A DNA stretch of 64,000 nucleotides from Candidatus Yonathbacteria bacterium RIFCSPLOWO2_01_FULL_43_27 (lineage in GTDB: Bacteria > Patescibacteriota > Minisyncoccia > Phycocordibacterales > UBA1550). The notes under the pieces are model-generated. The model did not search any database and had not been told where the DNA came from. It was given only the letters and a program-made list of their open reading frames with translations. This document shows positions 56,977-64,000 of this stretch, one piece after another. Position 1 is the first letter of the stretch; every line of letters starts with the position of its first letter. The position numbers and the translations under genes were made by a program. Location: NCBI GenBank assembly GCA_001823545.1, contig MHUV01000006.1:27437-91436 (forward strand). The letters run 5' to 3'.

Positions 56977-57651
56977 ATGCCACGCATTACCCGTACCGAC
57001 ATCGGTAATCATTGCTACCATGTCATCAATCGCGCCAACGCTCGACTCCCCATTTTCTTTGCAGAACAGGACTACCTTTTATTTGAGGAAGTTTTGGAAG
57101 AAGCACAAAAGAAGTTTTCTATGAGGATCCTTGCGTATTGTCTTATGCCAAATCATTTCCACCTAGTACTCTATCCCATAAATGACGGCGATATGGGGAA
57201 GTTTATGCAATGGCTCACACTCACTCATACCCAGCGCTGGCACCAAGCGAACAATACAAAAGGAAGCGGACACCTCTATCAAGGGAGATACAAATCTTTT
57301 TTAATACAAGACGACAAACACCTTCTTTCCGTCATCCGCTATGTAGAGCGAAATTCGTTGCGTGCAAAATTAGTTAAAAAAGCAGAGAATTGGGGTTTCT
57401 GCAGTTTGGCGCGACGTCTTTCAGAGCACCCAGCAAAAAAGAAACTTTTGTCAGCGTGGCCGATACTTGAGCCCGAAGACTATCTTTCATTTGTTAATAT
57501 ACCTCAAACAAGAGAAGAAGAAGAACTCATCAGGGGGTCTGTTGTAAAAGGGAAGCCATTTGGCGCAGATGCATGGGCTATGAAAATGATCAAGAAGTTT
57601 GGGCTGGAAACTACTGTCCGACCCACAGGGAGACCCAAAAAGGGTACCTGA
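56977..57651 (+). mobile_element. IS200/IS605-family Y1 (HUH) transposase, RAYT-like
   Basis: HUH motif PNHFHLVL and the catalytic-Tyr motif RYVERNSLRAKLV (compare Y.ERNPVRAGLV of REP-associated tyrosine transposases). Confidence 0.7.
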
Positions 57652-57659
57652 CCCCCTTT

Positions 57660-57812
57660 ACTCCCCGTACCCGCGCCTGCATCAAGGACTAAGTCCCCTT
57701 TTTTGATTTTCAGATTGTCTTTGACCGAACCGAGAAGGTCCTGATACGGCCTAAGCTCGTTCAGAACATCGTATACTGCAAAATATTTTCTCCAAAAATC
57801 ATCCTTGGTCAT
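57660..57812 (-). pseudogene. Duplicated 5' fragment (first 51 codons + upstream promoter region) of the methyltransferase gene at 53423-54127
   Basis: Encodes MTKDDFWRKYFAVYDVLNELRPYQDLLGSVKDNLKIKKGDLVLDAGAGTG, then diverges. Including the upstream region, this is a ~250-bp near-identical direct repeat of 53988-54240 at 57663-57930. Confidence 0.8.
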
Positions 57813-57889
57813 TTTGTATGAGTTATGAGGGCTAGAGTGGGCTGTTTATGTTTATGTATATGGTTACGTATTTTTCTCCCCTATTCCCC

Positions 57890-57990
57890 TATTATCCCCC
57901 ATTCTACCAAATCCCCCCATAAAAACATAGAGGGTATGGAATGGGGTGGGAATTTATAGAAAAATATGGTATTTCGAAAGGATCTTTTAG
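57890..57990 (+). repeat. Dispersed intergenic repeat element, copy 2 (modules D + B + C + E)
   Basis: TTTTCTCCCCTATTCCCCTATTATCCCCC + ATTCTACCAAA + CCCCCCATAAAAACATAGAGGGT...GGTATTTCG. Confidence 0.6.
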
Positions 57991-58045
57991 GTATCGAAAG
58001 TGTTTGATGCAATAGTAGCTATTTCCGTTAACCCAACAAAAAACA

Positions 58046-58078
58046 CGGCTATTGATTTTAAAAATCAATAGCCGTGCT
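58046..58078 (-). terminator. Rho-independent terminator of argS
   Basis: CACGGCTATTGATT-TTTAAAA-AATCAATAGCCGTG perfect 14-bp stem. On the minus strand it is followed by TTTTTTGTT. Confidence 0.7.
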
Positions 58079-58090
58079 AAGAAACAAAGA

Positions 58091-59959
58091 CTACATCTTT
58101 TCCGGAACCTTGATGCTCATCATCGACAATCCTTTTTTGATTACCATGGACACGCCTTTGATTAAAGCGATTCTTGATTCACGGAGTTTTACATCTTCGG
58201 TTCGGAGGATAGAGGTCTCGTTGTAAAAGCTGTTGAAGAGCGACGCTAATTCTTCTAAATATCCACAGATATAATTAGGAGAATCGGTCTCTTGAGCTTT
58301 TGCGATAACATCAGGGAACGCCATAAGCTTCTTTGCAAGCTCAAATTCGCTCTTGTTCACGAAGGATATATCGTTCATCTCGAGCTTTCCGAGATCAATC
58401 TCACCAAAAGCTTCTTTCAGCTTTTCCATGATGGAATTGATTCGAACATACGAGTATTGCAGGTAGACCGCGCTCCCTCCTTCCAAGTCCAACATCTTGT
58501 CCCAATCAAAAGAGATGTTCTTGGTTCTTGACTGGCGCAAATCATTGTAGATAATTGCTCCAACACCGACGATTTCAGCAACTTTGTCCAGTTCCTGGGG
58601 GTCAGTATTCGGGCTCTTCGCAAGCAAAATCTCTTTTGACTTGCTTACAGACTGAGAAATGAGATCTTCCAGTTCGATCAATGTCCCCTTCCTCGTGGAC
58701 ATCTTCTTCCCATCGCGTAAGATCATTCCGAAGCCTATGTGCTTTGCCTCTACACCTTCGGGTAAGTAGTCAGCGCGCCTGCCTAATTCAAACAATTGTT
58801 TGAAGTTCAGCTCTTGCTCACTACCTACCACATAAAGAATGGAATCTGAGTCGAACGTGTTGACCCTGAACTGAAGTGTTGCCAGATCTCTCGATAAGTA
58901 GAGACTTGAACCATCTTGCTTTCTAAGCAAGAAGGACGGGAGATCCCCCATTTGATCCACAATGACTGCTTCTGATGACTCGTCTTTTCTGCAGAGCCCT
59001 TTTCCCGTGCACTCATCGACTAGCTTGTCTGCCTGCTCGGTGAAATAACTCTCGCCGATACTGAGATCAAATTCAATTCCGAGCTTTTTATAAACACGCT
59101 CAAAATCTTCGAGACTCAAGTCTCTGAATCGCTTCCAAAGAGCGACCAATTCGGGATCTTTTTTCTCGAGACGCGCAAACAGCTCACGAGCGTTGTCTTT
59201 AACCTCAGGATGTTCTTCTGAAAATTGGTGGAACTTAACATAGAGATCTTTGAGTTCTACGAGAGGGTTTTCCGCGATTCTCTTCTCATCTCCCCACTCC
59301 TTGTAAGCATAAATGAGAGAGCCGAACTGCGTTCCCCAATCGCCCAGATGATTGTCTCTGATAACACTATAGCCAGTCTCGCGATAAATGTTTGCGAGAG
59401 CCTGTCCTATAATCGTTGATCTCAAATGGCCGACACCGATCGGCTTTGCGATGTTTGGAGCAGAGTAGTCAATGATGGCAACTTTGCCGGCATTAATGTT
59501 ACTCTCTCCATACCGCTCTCCAAGTTCAAGGATTTTTGAAAGAATTTCCTGATAGAGCTTTTCTTTATGTGTTTCCACATTCACAAAAGCTCCTACAAGA
59601 GAGGCATCCTTAATCAAATCCATTCGATGCTCGTTTATGCCATCAACGATTTTTTTTGCAAGTATATTCGGCTTTTCATCAAGTTTTTTTGCAAGACGAA
59701 AAACCTCAATTGCAAAATCTCCAGATATATGAGATGGGGGTACTGACAATTCTATTTCCTCAACATCTTGAGTGCCTAGAGACTCCCTTACCACCTCCTC
59801 TACCTCTTTTTGCAATTTTACTGACAGATAGCTACCAAAATCAACGTAATCACGATGCTCCTTTTCTTTTCTAATCCTTTCCTGGACAGTGTTTACAGAC
59901 TCAATTACCTCAAGTTTGTATTTTTCAAATTCGCTCTGTTTTTGCTGATTGATTTCCAT
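58091..59959 (-). CDS. argS: Arginine--tRNA ligase
   Basis: SAPNIAKPIGVGHLRSTIIG (HIGH-like region), DHLGDWGTQFG, KMSTRKG (KMSKS). Confidence 0.9.
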   Translation of the reverse strand: MEINQQKQSEFEKYKLEVIESVNTVQERIRKEKEHRDYVDFGSYLSVKLQKEVEEVVRESLGTQDVEEIELSVPPSHISGDFAIEVFRLAKKLDEKPNILAKKIVDGINEHRMDLIKDASLVGAFVNVETHKEKLYQEILSKILELGERYGESNINAGKVAIIDYSAPNIAKPIGVGHLRSTIIGQALANIYRETGYSVIRDNHLGDWGTQFGSLIYAYKEWGDEKRIAENPLVELKDLYVKFHQFSEEHPEVKDNARELFARLEKKDPELVALWKRFRDLSLEDFERVYKKLGIEFDLSIGESYFTEQADKLVDECTGKGLCRKDESSEAVIVDQMGDLPSFLLRKQDGSSLYLSRDLATLQFRVNTFDSDSILYVVGSEQELNFKQLFELGRRADYLPEGVEAKHIGFGMILRDGKKMSTRKGTLIELEDLISQSVSKSKEILLAKSPNTDPQELDKVAEIVGVGAIIYNDLRQSRTKNISFDWDKMLDLEGGSAVYLQYSYVRINSIMEKLKEAFGEIDLGKLEMNDISFVNKSEFELAKKLMAFPDVIAKAQETDSPNYICGYLEELASLFNSFYNETSILRTEDVKLRESRIALIKGVSMVIKKGLSMMSIKVPEKM

Positions 59960-59983
59960 GTTGTCTCCTTAATTTTAGTAAAC

Positions 59984-60050
59984 GAGGACAGCCACCATTG
60001 TTTTGTCTTTTGTGTATTCTAAGATATTATTATTCCCCCATTCTACCAAA
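59984..60050 (+). repeat. Intergenic repeat modules A + B upstream of argS (copy 1)
   Basis: GAGGACAGCCACCATTGTTTTGTCTTTTGTGTATTCTAAGATATT ... CCCCCATTCTACCAAA; about 90% identical to 61964-62056. Confidence 0.7.
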
Positions 60051-60052
60051 AA
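60036..60052 (-). promoter_or_regulatory. Extended -10-like promoter element TTTTGGTAGAAT (module B) upstream of argS
   Basis: The minus strand reads TTTTTTGGTAGAATGGGGG. The same TTTTKGTAGAAT motif recurs upstream of other minus-strand genes, at 45036-45060, 47741-47765, 57896-57912 and 62044-62058. Confidence 0.4.
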
Positions 60053-60214
60053 ACTACACAAAATATACTATTGACAGAACGCAAAATCTTGTTATTATTC
60101 ATAATAGAAAGAAAGTATGTTCTAATAAATAATCAAGGTCTAAAACCTTGTTCATATATATAGCGGAATTGAACGATTGTCGCCGACAATAAAAAATAAA
60201 AAAGGGAGGAGAAG

Positions 60215-60676
60215 ATGCCCACGGAGGATATTTCTTTGTATCGACACCATATCGGCTGTGACATAAACACTCTTGTGGCAGAAGTATACGATCTGGTAAA
60301 GGATGTAACAAAATGCCCACAGGTTTCTTCTCGAGTCAAAGATTTGGAAACACTGAGAAAGAAGATGGTACTCAAAAATACTCATGACATCTTCTCTATC
60401 GACGACGTATATGGGATACGCATCATAGTTACTTCTATAGATGAAGTATACGCCGTCCTTGAGAGAATCTCTCGAGTATTCGAAGGATTCCTCGACCACG
60501 ATTACTTCAAGAACGCAAAGGCGTGCCCGAGCGTCGACGGAAAGTTCTTACGACTGGTGCAATTCGTTGCATACAAAAACAAAGTTCCGTTTGAGGTGCA
60601 GGTCACAACAGCATCTTGTCACGAAACCAACGAATCACTCCATGCGAGATATCATCGGAGAAAATATGGTTCGTAA
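60215..60676 (+). CDS. Small alarmone synthetase (RelA/SpoT-synthetase-domain nucleotidyltransferase; possible toxSAS-type enzyme)
   Basis: Substrate-binding motif SRVKDLETLRKK (RxKxxxS/TxxxK), G-loop DDVYGIRIIV (DxxGxRII), and catalytic strand FEVQVTT (compare EIQIRT). Confidence 0.75.
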   Translation: MPTEDISLYRHHIGCDINTLVAEVYDLVKDVTKCPQVSSRVKDLETLRKKMVLKNTHDIFSIDDVYGIRIIVTSIDEVYAVLERISRVFEGFLDHDYFKNAKACPSVDGKFLRLVQFVAYKNKVPFEVQVTTASCHETNESLHARYHRRKYGS

Positions 60677-60699
60677 ACCCATGATGACTGGCTCATGCC

Positions 60700-61287
60700 T
60701 CATTGTGGGTTTTCTTTTTTACATAACTCTGATATTTCAAAATAGTCTTTCACTATTTGATGCTCCCCAAGTGCAGATTTTAAAATATTGCCGATTTCTG
60801 CATAGTACCACCGATAATCATCGGGTGTACCACGGAAATGAGATATCACATTCTCATTTTTTTCTCTCAACGCGCTGAAGTATGCCTGCAAATTAGACAT
60901 CTTATCGATTGCGACAATGATGAGTGCGTCTGGTGATGCTGTTTTTATTTTTTCTAAATACGCCATCTTTTTTTCTTTCCATGTTGCATATTCTTCTTCC
61001 TCGACGAGACTCACCTCGTCTACAAGTTGTGCTATATGTTGACCAAATTCTTCTTGCAGATGAGCAAGAGAAACATCGGAACAATCTTCGAGCACGTCAT
61101 GAAGAAGTGCTGCGGTAATTATTCTTTCATCGTCTGTGTACTCGGAAAGACTGAGTGCTACCAATACAGGATGCACTATGTATGGTACTCGACCGCCTTT
61201 GCGGTACTGCCCATCATGTTTTTGAGCTGCGAAATATAGAGCTCGTTTGATAGAGGAATGTTCTTTTTTCATAGAGATCACGGGCAC
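60700..61287 (-). CDS. Small alarmone hydrolase (HD domain, SpoT/Mesh1-like (p)ppGpp/(p)ppApp pyrophosphohydrolase)
   Basis: RKGGRVPYIVHPVLVA and AALLHDVLED (HD motif) match the SpoT hydrolase domain. 10-nt overlap with the upstream PP-loop gene. Confidence 0.8.
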   Translation of the reverse strand: MPVISMKKEHSSIKRALYFAAQKHDGQYRKGGRVPYIVHPVLVALSLSEYTDDERIITAALLHDVLEDCSDVSLAHLQEEFGQHIAQLVDEVSLVEEEEYATWKEKKMAYLEKIKTASPDALIIVAIDKMSNLQAYFSALREKNENVISHFRGTPDDYRWYYAEIGNILKSALGEHQIVKDYFEISELCKKENPQ

Positions 61288-61946
61288 AGTAATCGCATAC
61301 GGGAAATGTATTCCCGGCAGAGAGGAAGTGATTCTTCCCAGAAGCCCAGCGCCTTTTCTGGATCAAAAGGAACCGCACTGAATACAGACTTTCCTTCCAG
61401 TGAATTTGAGCTGACTCCGCATTGTTCCAATATGTCCATTACTTCTTCTTTTGTTTTCTTCACGATCGGTGTGTGGTACGTAATACCATATTCCTTCAAA
61501 AAATCTCTTGTGAGTTCACAAAAACGGTCTTGTTGTTCAATGTATCTGTCTTCTTTTGCTTGATACCCAGAATATCCAGTAGCGATATCGTGAATACCTT
61601 TCTCAAGACAATACAAAACTGCGTCTGTATGAATTGCAAGGGCGAGCGCTATGGGATACACCACGTGTGTTTCATTCGTTTTTTCGATTGCAAGTTTTCT
61701 GACCAGATAAGGATTCACCTTCGTCACCTGAAAGGAGTCAATACGATCTGGAGAAAAATTTATTAGCTCTTTATGGCGTATACTTGAAGGAGAATCTCCG
61801 TTGGGTCCTGTTATGCCAGGATATTCTGAGTACGTGAATAATTGTACATCGTAACTGGCACGTACCATTTCTATGGCTGTAGCTGAGGAATCCTTTCCGC
61901 CGGAAAACAGAACAAGTACTTTCTTGCGAATATCTTTGTTCTTCAT
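61278..61946 (-). CDS. PP-loop ATPase of the adenine-nucleotide alpha-hydrolase superfamily, QueC-like
   Basis: PP-loop VLVLFSGGKDSSAT. QueC-like IATGYSGYQAKEDRY (compare ITGV..DFSGYPDCR). It lacks the C-terminal CxxC zinc cluster of canonical QueC. Confidence 0.55.
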   Translation of the reverse strand: MKNKDIRKKVLVLFSGGKDSSATAIEMVRASYDVQLFTYSEYPGITGPNGDSPSSIRHKELINFSPDRIDSFQVTKVNPYLVRKLAIEKTNETHVVYPIALALAIHTDAVLYCLEKGIHDIATGYSGYQAKEDRYIEQQDRFCELTRDFLKEYGITYHTPIVKKTKEEVMDILEQCGVSSNSLEGKSVFSAVPFDPEKALGFWEESLPLCREYISRMRLLCP

Positions 61947-61963
61947 CAGGTTAATGGGTTAAT

Positions 61964-62056
61964 GAGGACAACCATCATTGTTTTGTCTTTTGTGTATTCT
62001 AATATATTAAAATTCCACATTTCTCTTCCCCTTATAATCCCCCCCATTCTACCAAA
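61964..62056 (+). repeat. Intergenic repeat modules A + B (copy 2), upstream of the PP-loop gene
   Basis: GAGGACAACCATCATTGTTTTGTCTTTTGTGTATTCTAATATATT ... CCCCCATTCTACCAAA. Confidence 0.7.
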
Positions 62057-62158
62057 TCCCCCACCAAAACGCACCCTTGCATAAAAATTAATTTTCTGGT
62101 ATAATTGTTATTGGAATAAAATCTGTTCAAAATCTACACCACCCAAAAGGAGGCTTAG

Positions 62159-63004
62159 ATGCAGATGAAAAAGCAAGGGTTTGGAGGCTTAACAATCTTA
62201 CTCTTCATGATAGTAGCTCTTATGAGTGGGTGCGCAAGCACCACGGAGCTCGGCAAGGGCGGAAGCATGGCAACAGGGGCCGCGGGTAATAACGGCACTC
62301 AGGGTGAGTCGAAACAGCTCGTCAAATGCGACAAGATAATTGCGACCGTCGAAATCGACGAACCCACATCCGGCGCAGATGCCGTATCATGGGTAATGCT
62401 CGCACAGCAACTCGGGGTACCCTCAGACACGCGACCGCTCATCAATCTCATGGTAGCCCAGTCAGGGTGTTTCAGAGTTGTCGACCGCGCAGCGGGACTC
62501 AGAGCGGCAAAGCGCGAACATGAACTCGCCGAAGCCGGACTGACGCGAAAGAACAGCAGTATAAAGAAGGGCAACATCGTCGAGGCCCAGTATACCCTTG
62601 TACCGAAAGTAGCCATCTCTCAGCAGAACTCTTCAGGAAGAGGGCTTGCCGGCCTTGCGGGATTCATCCCCATCCCGGGAGCGAGTATGATCGGCGCATT
62701 GGCCGGAGGTGTCTCGTCCAAAACGAGCGAGGCACAGGTGGTAGTGACCATCATCAACAACGAGACCCTCGTTCAGGAAGGTGTCGCCGAGGGTAGCGCA
62801 ACCGCAAAAGACTATAGCTTCGGCGGAGGGCTTCTCGGCGTAGGCGGTAATGGTATCGGCGGTGCCGGCATAGGGGCGTGGAACAAAACACCCCAAGGAA
62901 AGGTCGTCATTGCGGCCTTCATGGATTCATGGAACAAACTCGTTCCGATGGTCAAAGACCTGCAGGTTCCACAACAGGCCTCAACGACCACGGGGAAGCA
63001 CTGA
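62159..63004 (+). CDS. CsgG-like lipoprotein (curli-secretion-channel family pattern); GC-rich relative to its surroundings
   Basis: Signal peptide + lipobox LMSGC. GLAGLAGF...AQVVVTIINNETLVQEG resembles the CsgG core (GG.G.....Q..V.LR.VN..TGE.L). SD AAGGAGG upstream. Confidence 0.45.
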   Translation: MQMKKQGFGGLTILLFMIVALMSGCASTTELGKGGSMATGAAGNNGTQGESKQLVKCDKIIATVEIDEPTSGADAVSWVMLAQQLGVPSDTRPLINLMVAQSGCFRVVDRAAGLRAAKREHELAEAGLTRKNSSIKKGNIVEAQYTLVPKVAISQQNSSGRGLAGLAGFIPIPGASMIGALAGGVSSKTSEAQVVVTIINNETLVQEGVAEGSATAKDYSFGGGLLGVGGNGIGGAGIGAWNKTPQGKVVIAAFMDSWNKLVPMVKDLQVPQQASTTTGKH

Positions 63005-63035
63005 TTTCAAGGGGATATAGAGCCCCGATACCCAT

Positions 63036-63068
63036 CTTTTCATAGGTGGGTATTTTTTTGTTTACGAT
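63036..63068 (+). terminator. Rho-independent terminator of the lipoprotein gene
   Basis: ATACCCAT-CTTTTCATAGGT-GGGTAT imperfect stem, followed by TTTTTTT. Confidence 0.5.
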
Positions 63069-63249
63069 GCCTGTATTTACCTAGCTACCTAGGACCGCCC
63101 TAGATAAACTTCTATTGATACCCCTCTGCCTGGATGGTGAAGGCGTGGTGGTGTGAATTTTATAGGGAATTTAGGTATTTCGGTTGAATTTTTTGAAATT
63201 CCAAAGGAACTAATTAACTCTAATTAATTTTTCAAAAAGACTGTAGTCA

Positions 63250-63777
63250 CTATTTCACATTCGCGTATAAATAGTCATCGAGAAACTTTTTATTCTTATA
63301 TGCGTGCTTTTTCAATATACCCTCAAACACATATCCATTTTTGAGAAGAGTTTTCTGTGATGCGATGTTGGATGGGTAAGTAAACGCATACATTCGTTTA
63401 AGGCGAAGCTCTTTAAAGCCGAACACTGTTATCAATTTCACAGCTTCGGCCATGATCCCCTTTCCCCAATATGACTCAGAGAGCCAATAACCAATCTCCG
63501 CCATATGATGCTCTGTGATGTTGCGTACACCAATACTGCCAACAACCTCACCATCGACATCAATGACAAAATTGAACATTGACGGTTTTTCTTTCTTATA
63601 CTCTTTTAGATTTTTATCTACCCATTCTTTAGCATCCTTTAGTGTATATGGCGACGGGATAAGTAGAAGATTCTTTATAATCTTCTTATTGTTCAGATTT
63701 TTGGCAAGTGAACTCTCGTCTCCTTTTTTAAAAGGTCTTAAAATAAATTGGGATGCCCGTATCGTTTGTACCTTCAT
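63250..63777 (-). CDS. GNAT-family N-acetyltransferase (RimJ/RimL-like)
   Basis: WGKGIMAEAVKLITVFGF...NIASQKTLLKNGYVFEG (GNAT motifs A/B). The start is set at internal Met. The track ORF extends to 63801. Confidence 0.75.
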   Translation of the reverse strand: MKVQTIRASQFILRPFKKGDESSLAKNLNNKKIIKNLLLIPSPYTLKDAKEWVDKNLKEYKKEKPSMFNFVIDVDGEVVGSIGVRNITEHHMAEIGYWLSESYWGKGIMAEAVKLITVFGFKELRLKRMYAFTYPSNIASQKTLLKNGYVFEGILKKHAYKNKKFLDDYLYANVK

Positions 63778-63931
63778 CTTTTTAGTATACCATCCTCTCA
63801 AAAAAAACTACTTCCCTACCATCAACTCACGAAAAAGGTTAGGTATTTTATAAGGACCCTATGGTATGCCGACACTCCACCAGTCAATGAGTACTGAGGA
63901 CAATAAGGAAGAATTTTGTTATACCCCAAGG

Positions 63932-63960
63932 TTGACTTTTGAACAAGTGGCGCCTATACT
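63932..63960 (+). promoter_or_regulatory. Putative sigma70 promoter TTGACT-N17-TATACT pointing out of the window
   Basis: TTGACT at 63932-63937, TATACT at 63955-63960. Confidence 0.3.
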
Positions 63961-64000
63961 AAAAATAGATTCCTTAACAACTGCAATATCCATGACATGG

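Noticed and set aside
63888-64000. Partial + strand ORF starting ATGAGTACTGAGGAC... running off the window
   Set aside because: No SD. A candidate promoter lies inside it. Too short to assess.

Overview
Low-GC (~40%) bacterial window, almost entirely coding, with most genes on the minus strand and many short gene overlaps. Gene content (PilM/ComF, a Pif1-like helicase, a dense glycosyltransferase/methyltransferase block) fits a small-genome bacterium such as a Patescibacteria/CPR-like lineage, but I cannot verify that from sequence alone. Standard code 11 is used (a TGA stop at 57651).

Layout:
- 1-3.6 kb: pilM-like (partial), comF-family, tRNA-Ser(GGA), Pif1/RecD-like helicase.
- 3.6-4.3 kb: a wHTH/Cas2-like regulator gene bracketed by two identical 34-bp perfect palindromes.
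- 4.3-8.4 kb: htpX-lemA, DUF805, groES-groEL.
- 8.5-8.8 kb: a compact GC-rich mini transcription unit.
- 8.8-12.6 kb: O-antigen-ligase-like/TPR protein and an MsbA-like ABC exporter.
- 12.7-23.7 kb: a pseudaminic-acid-like nonulosonic acid biosynthesis cluster (PseB-like dehydratase, DegT aminotransferase, NeuB-like synthase, cytidylyltransferase) with extra tailoring enzymes.
- 23.8-39 kb: a large surface-glycan assembly locus (GT9, several GT4, GT2 + GT-C + GtrA, exostosin-like, four methyltransferases, and a bacterial Elp3 homolog).
- 39-47.7 kb: pcm, a cupredoxin, tRNA-Gln(CTG) with a free-standing LAGLIDADG endonuclease, pyrG, FtsX-like, and an ABC-2 transporter.
- 47.7-58 kb: an accessory, rearranged region. 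It holds NUDIX, an S9 peptidase, a promoter-driven micro-operon of three tiny peptides (two Cys-rich paralogs), an operon of SAM methyltransferase / LuxI-FeeM-like N-acyltransferase / orphan multi-TM histidine kinase, two alpha/beta hydrolases, DUF397, an IS30 remnant interrupted by a RAYT/IS200-like transposase, and partial duplicates of both ends of the methyltransferase-kinase operon.
- 58-64 kb: argS, a RelA/SpoT-type small alarmone synthetase facing an operon of QueC-like PP-loop ATPase + small alarmone hydrolase, a GC-rich CsgG-like lipoprotein gene, and a GNAT.

No CRISPR array or rRNA is present. The two most novel candidates are the peptide/kinase/acyltransferase/methyltransferase module at 50.5-54.2 kb and the alarmone synthetase/hydrolase/PP-loop module at 60.1-61.9 kb.
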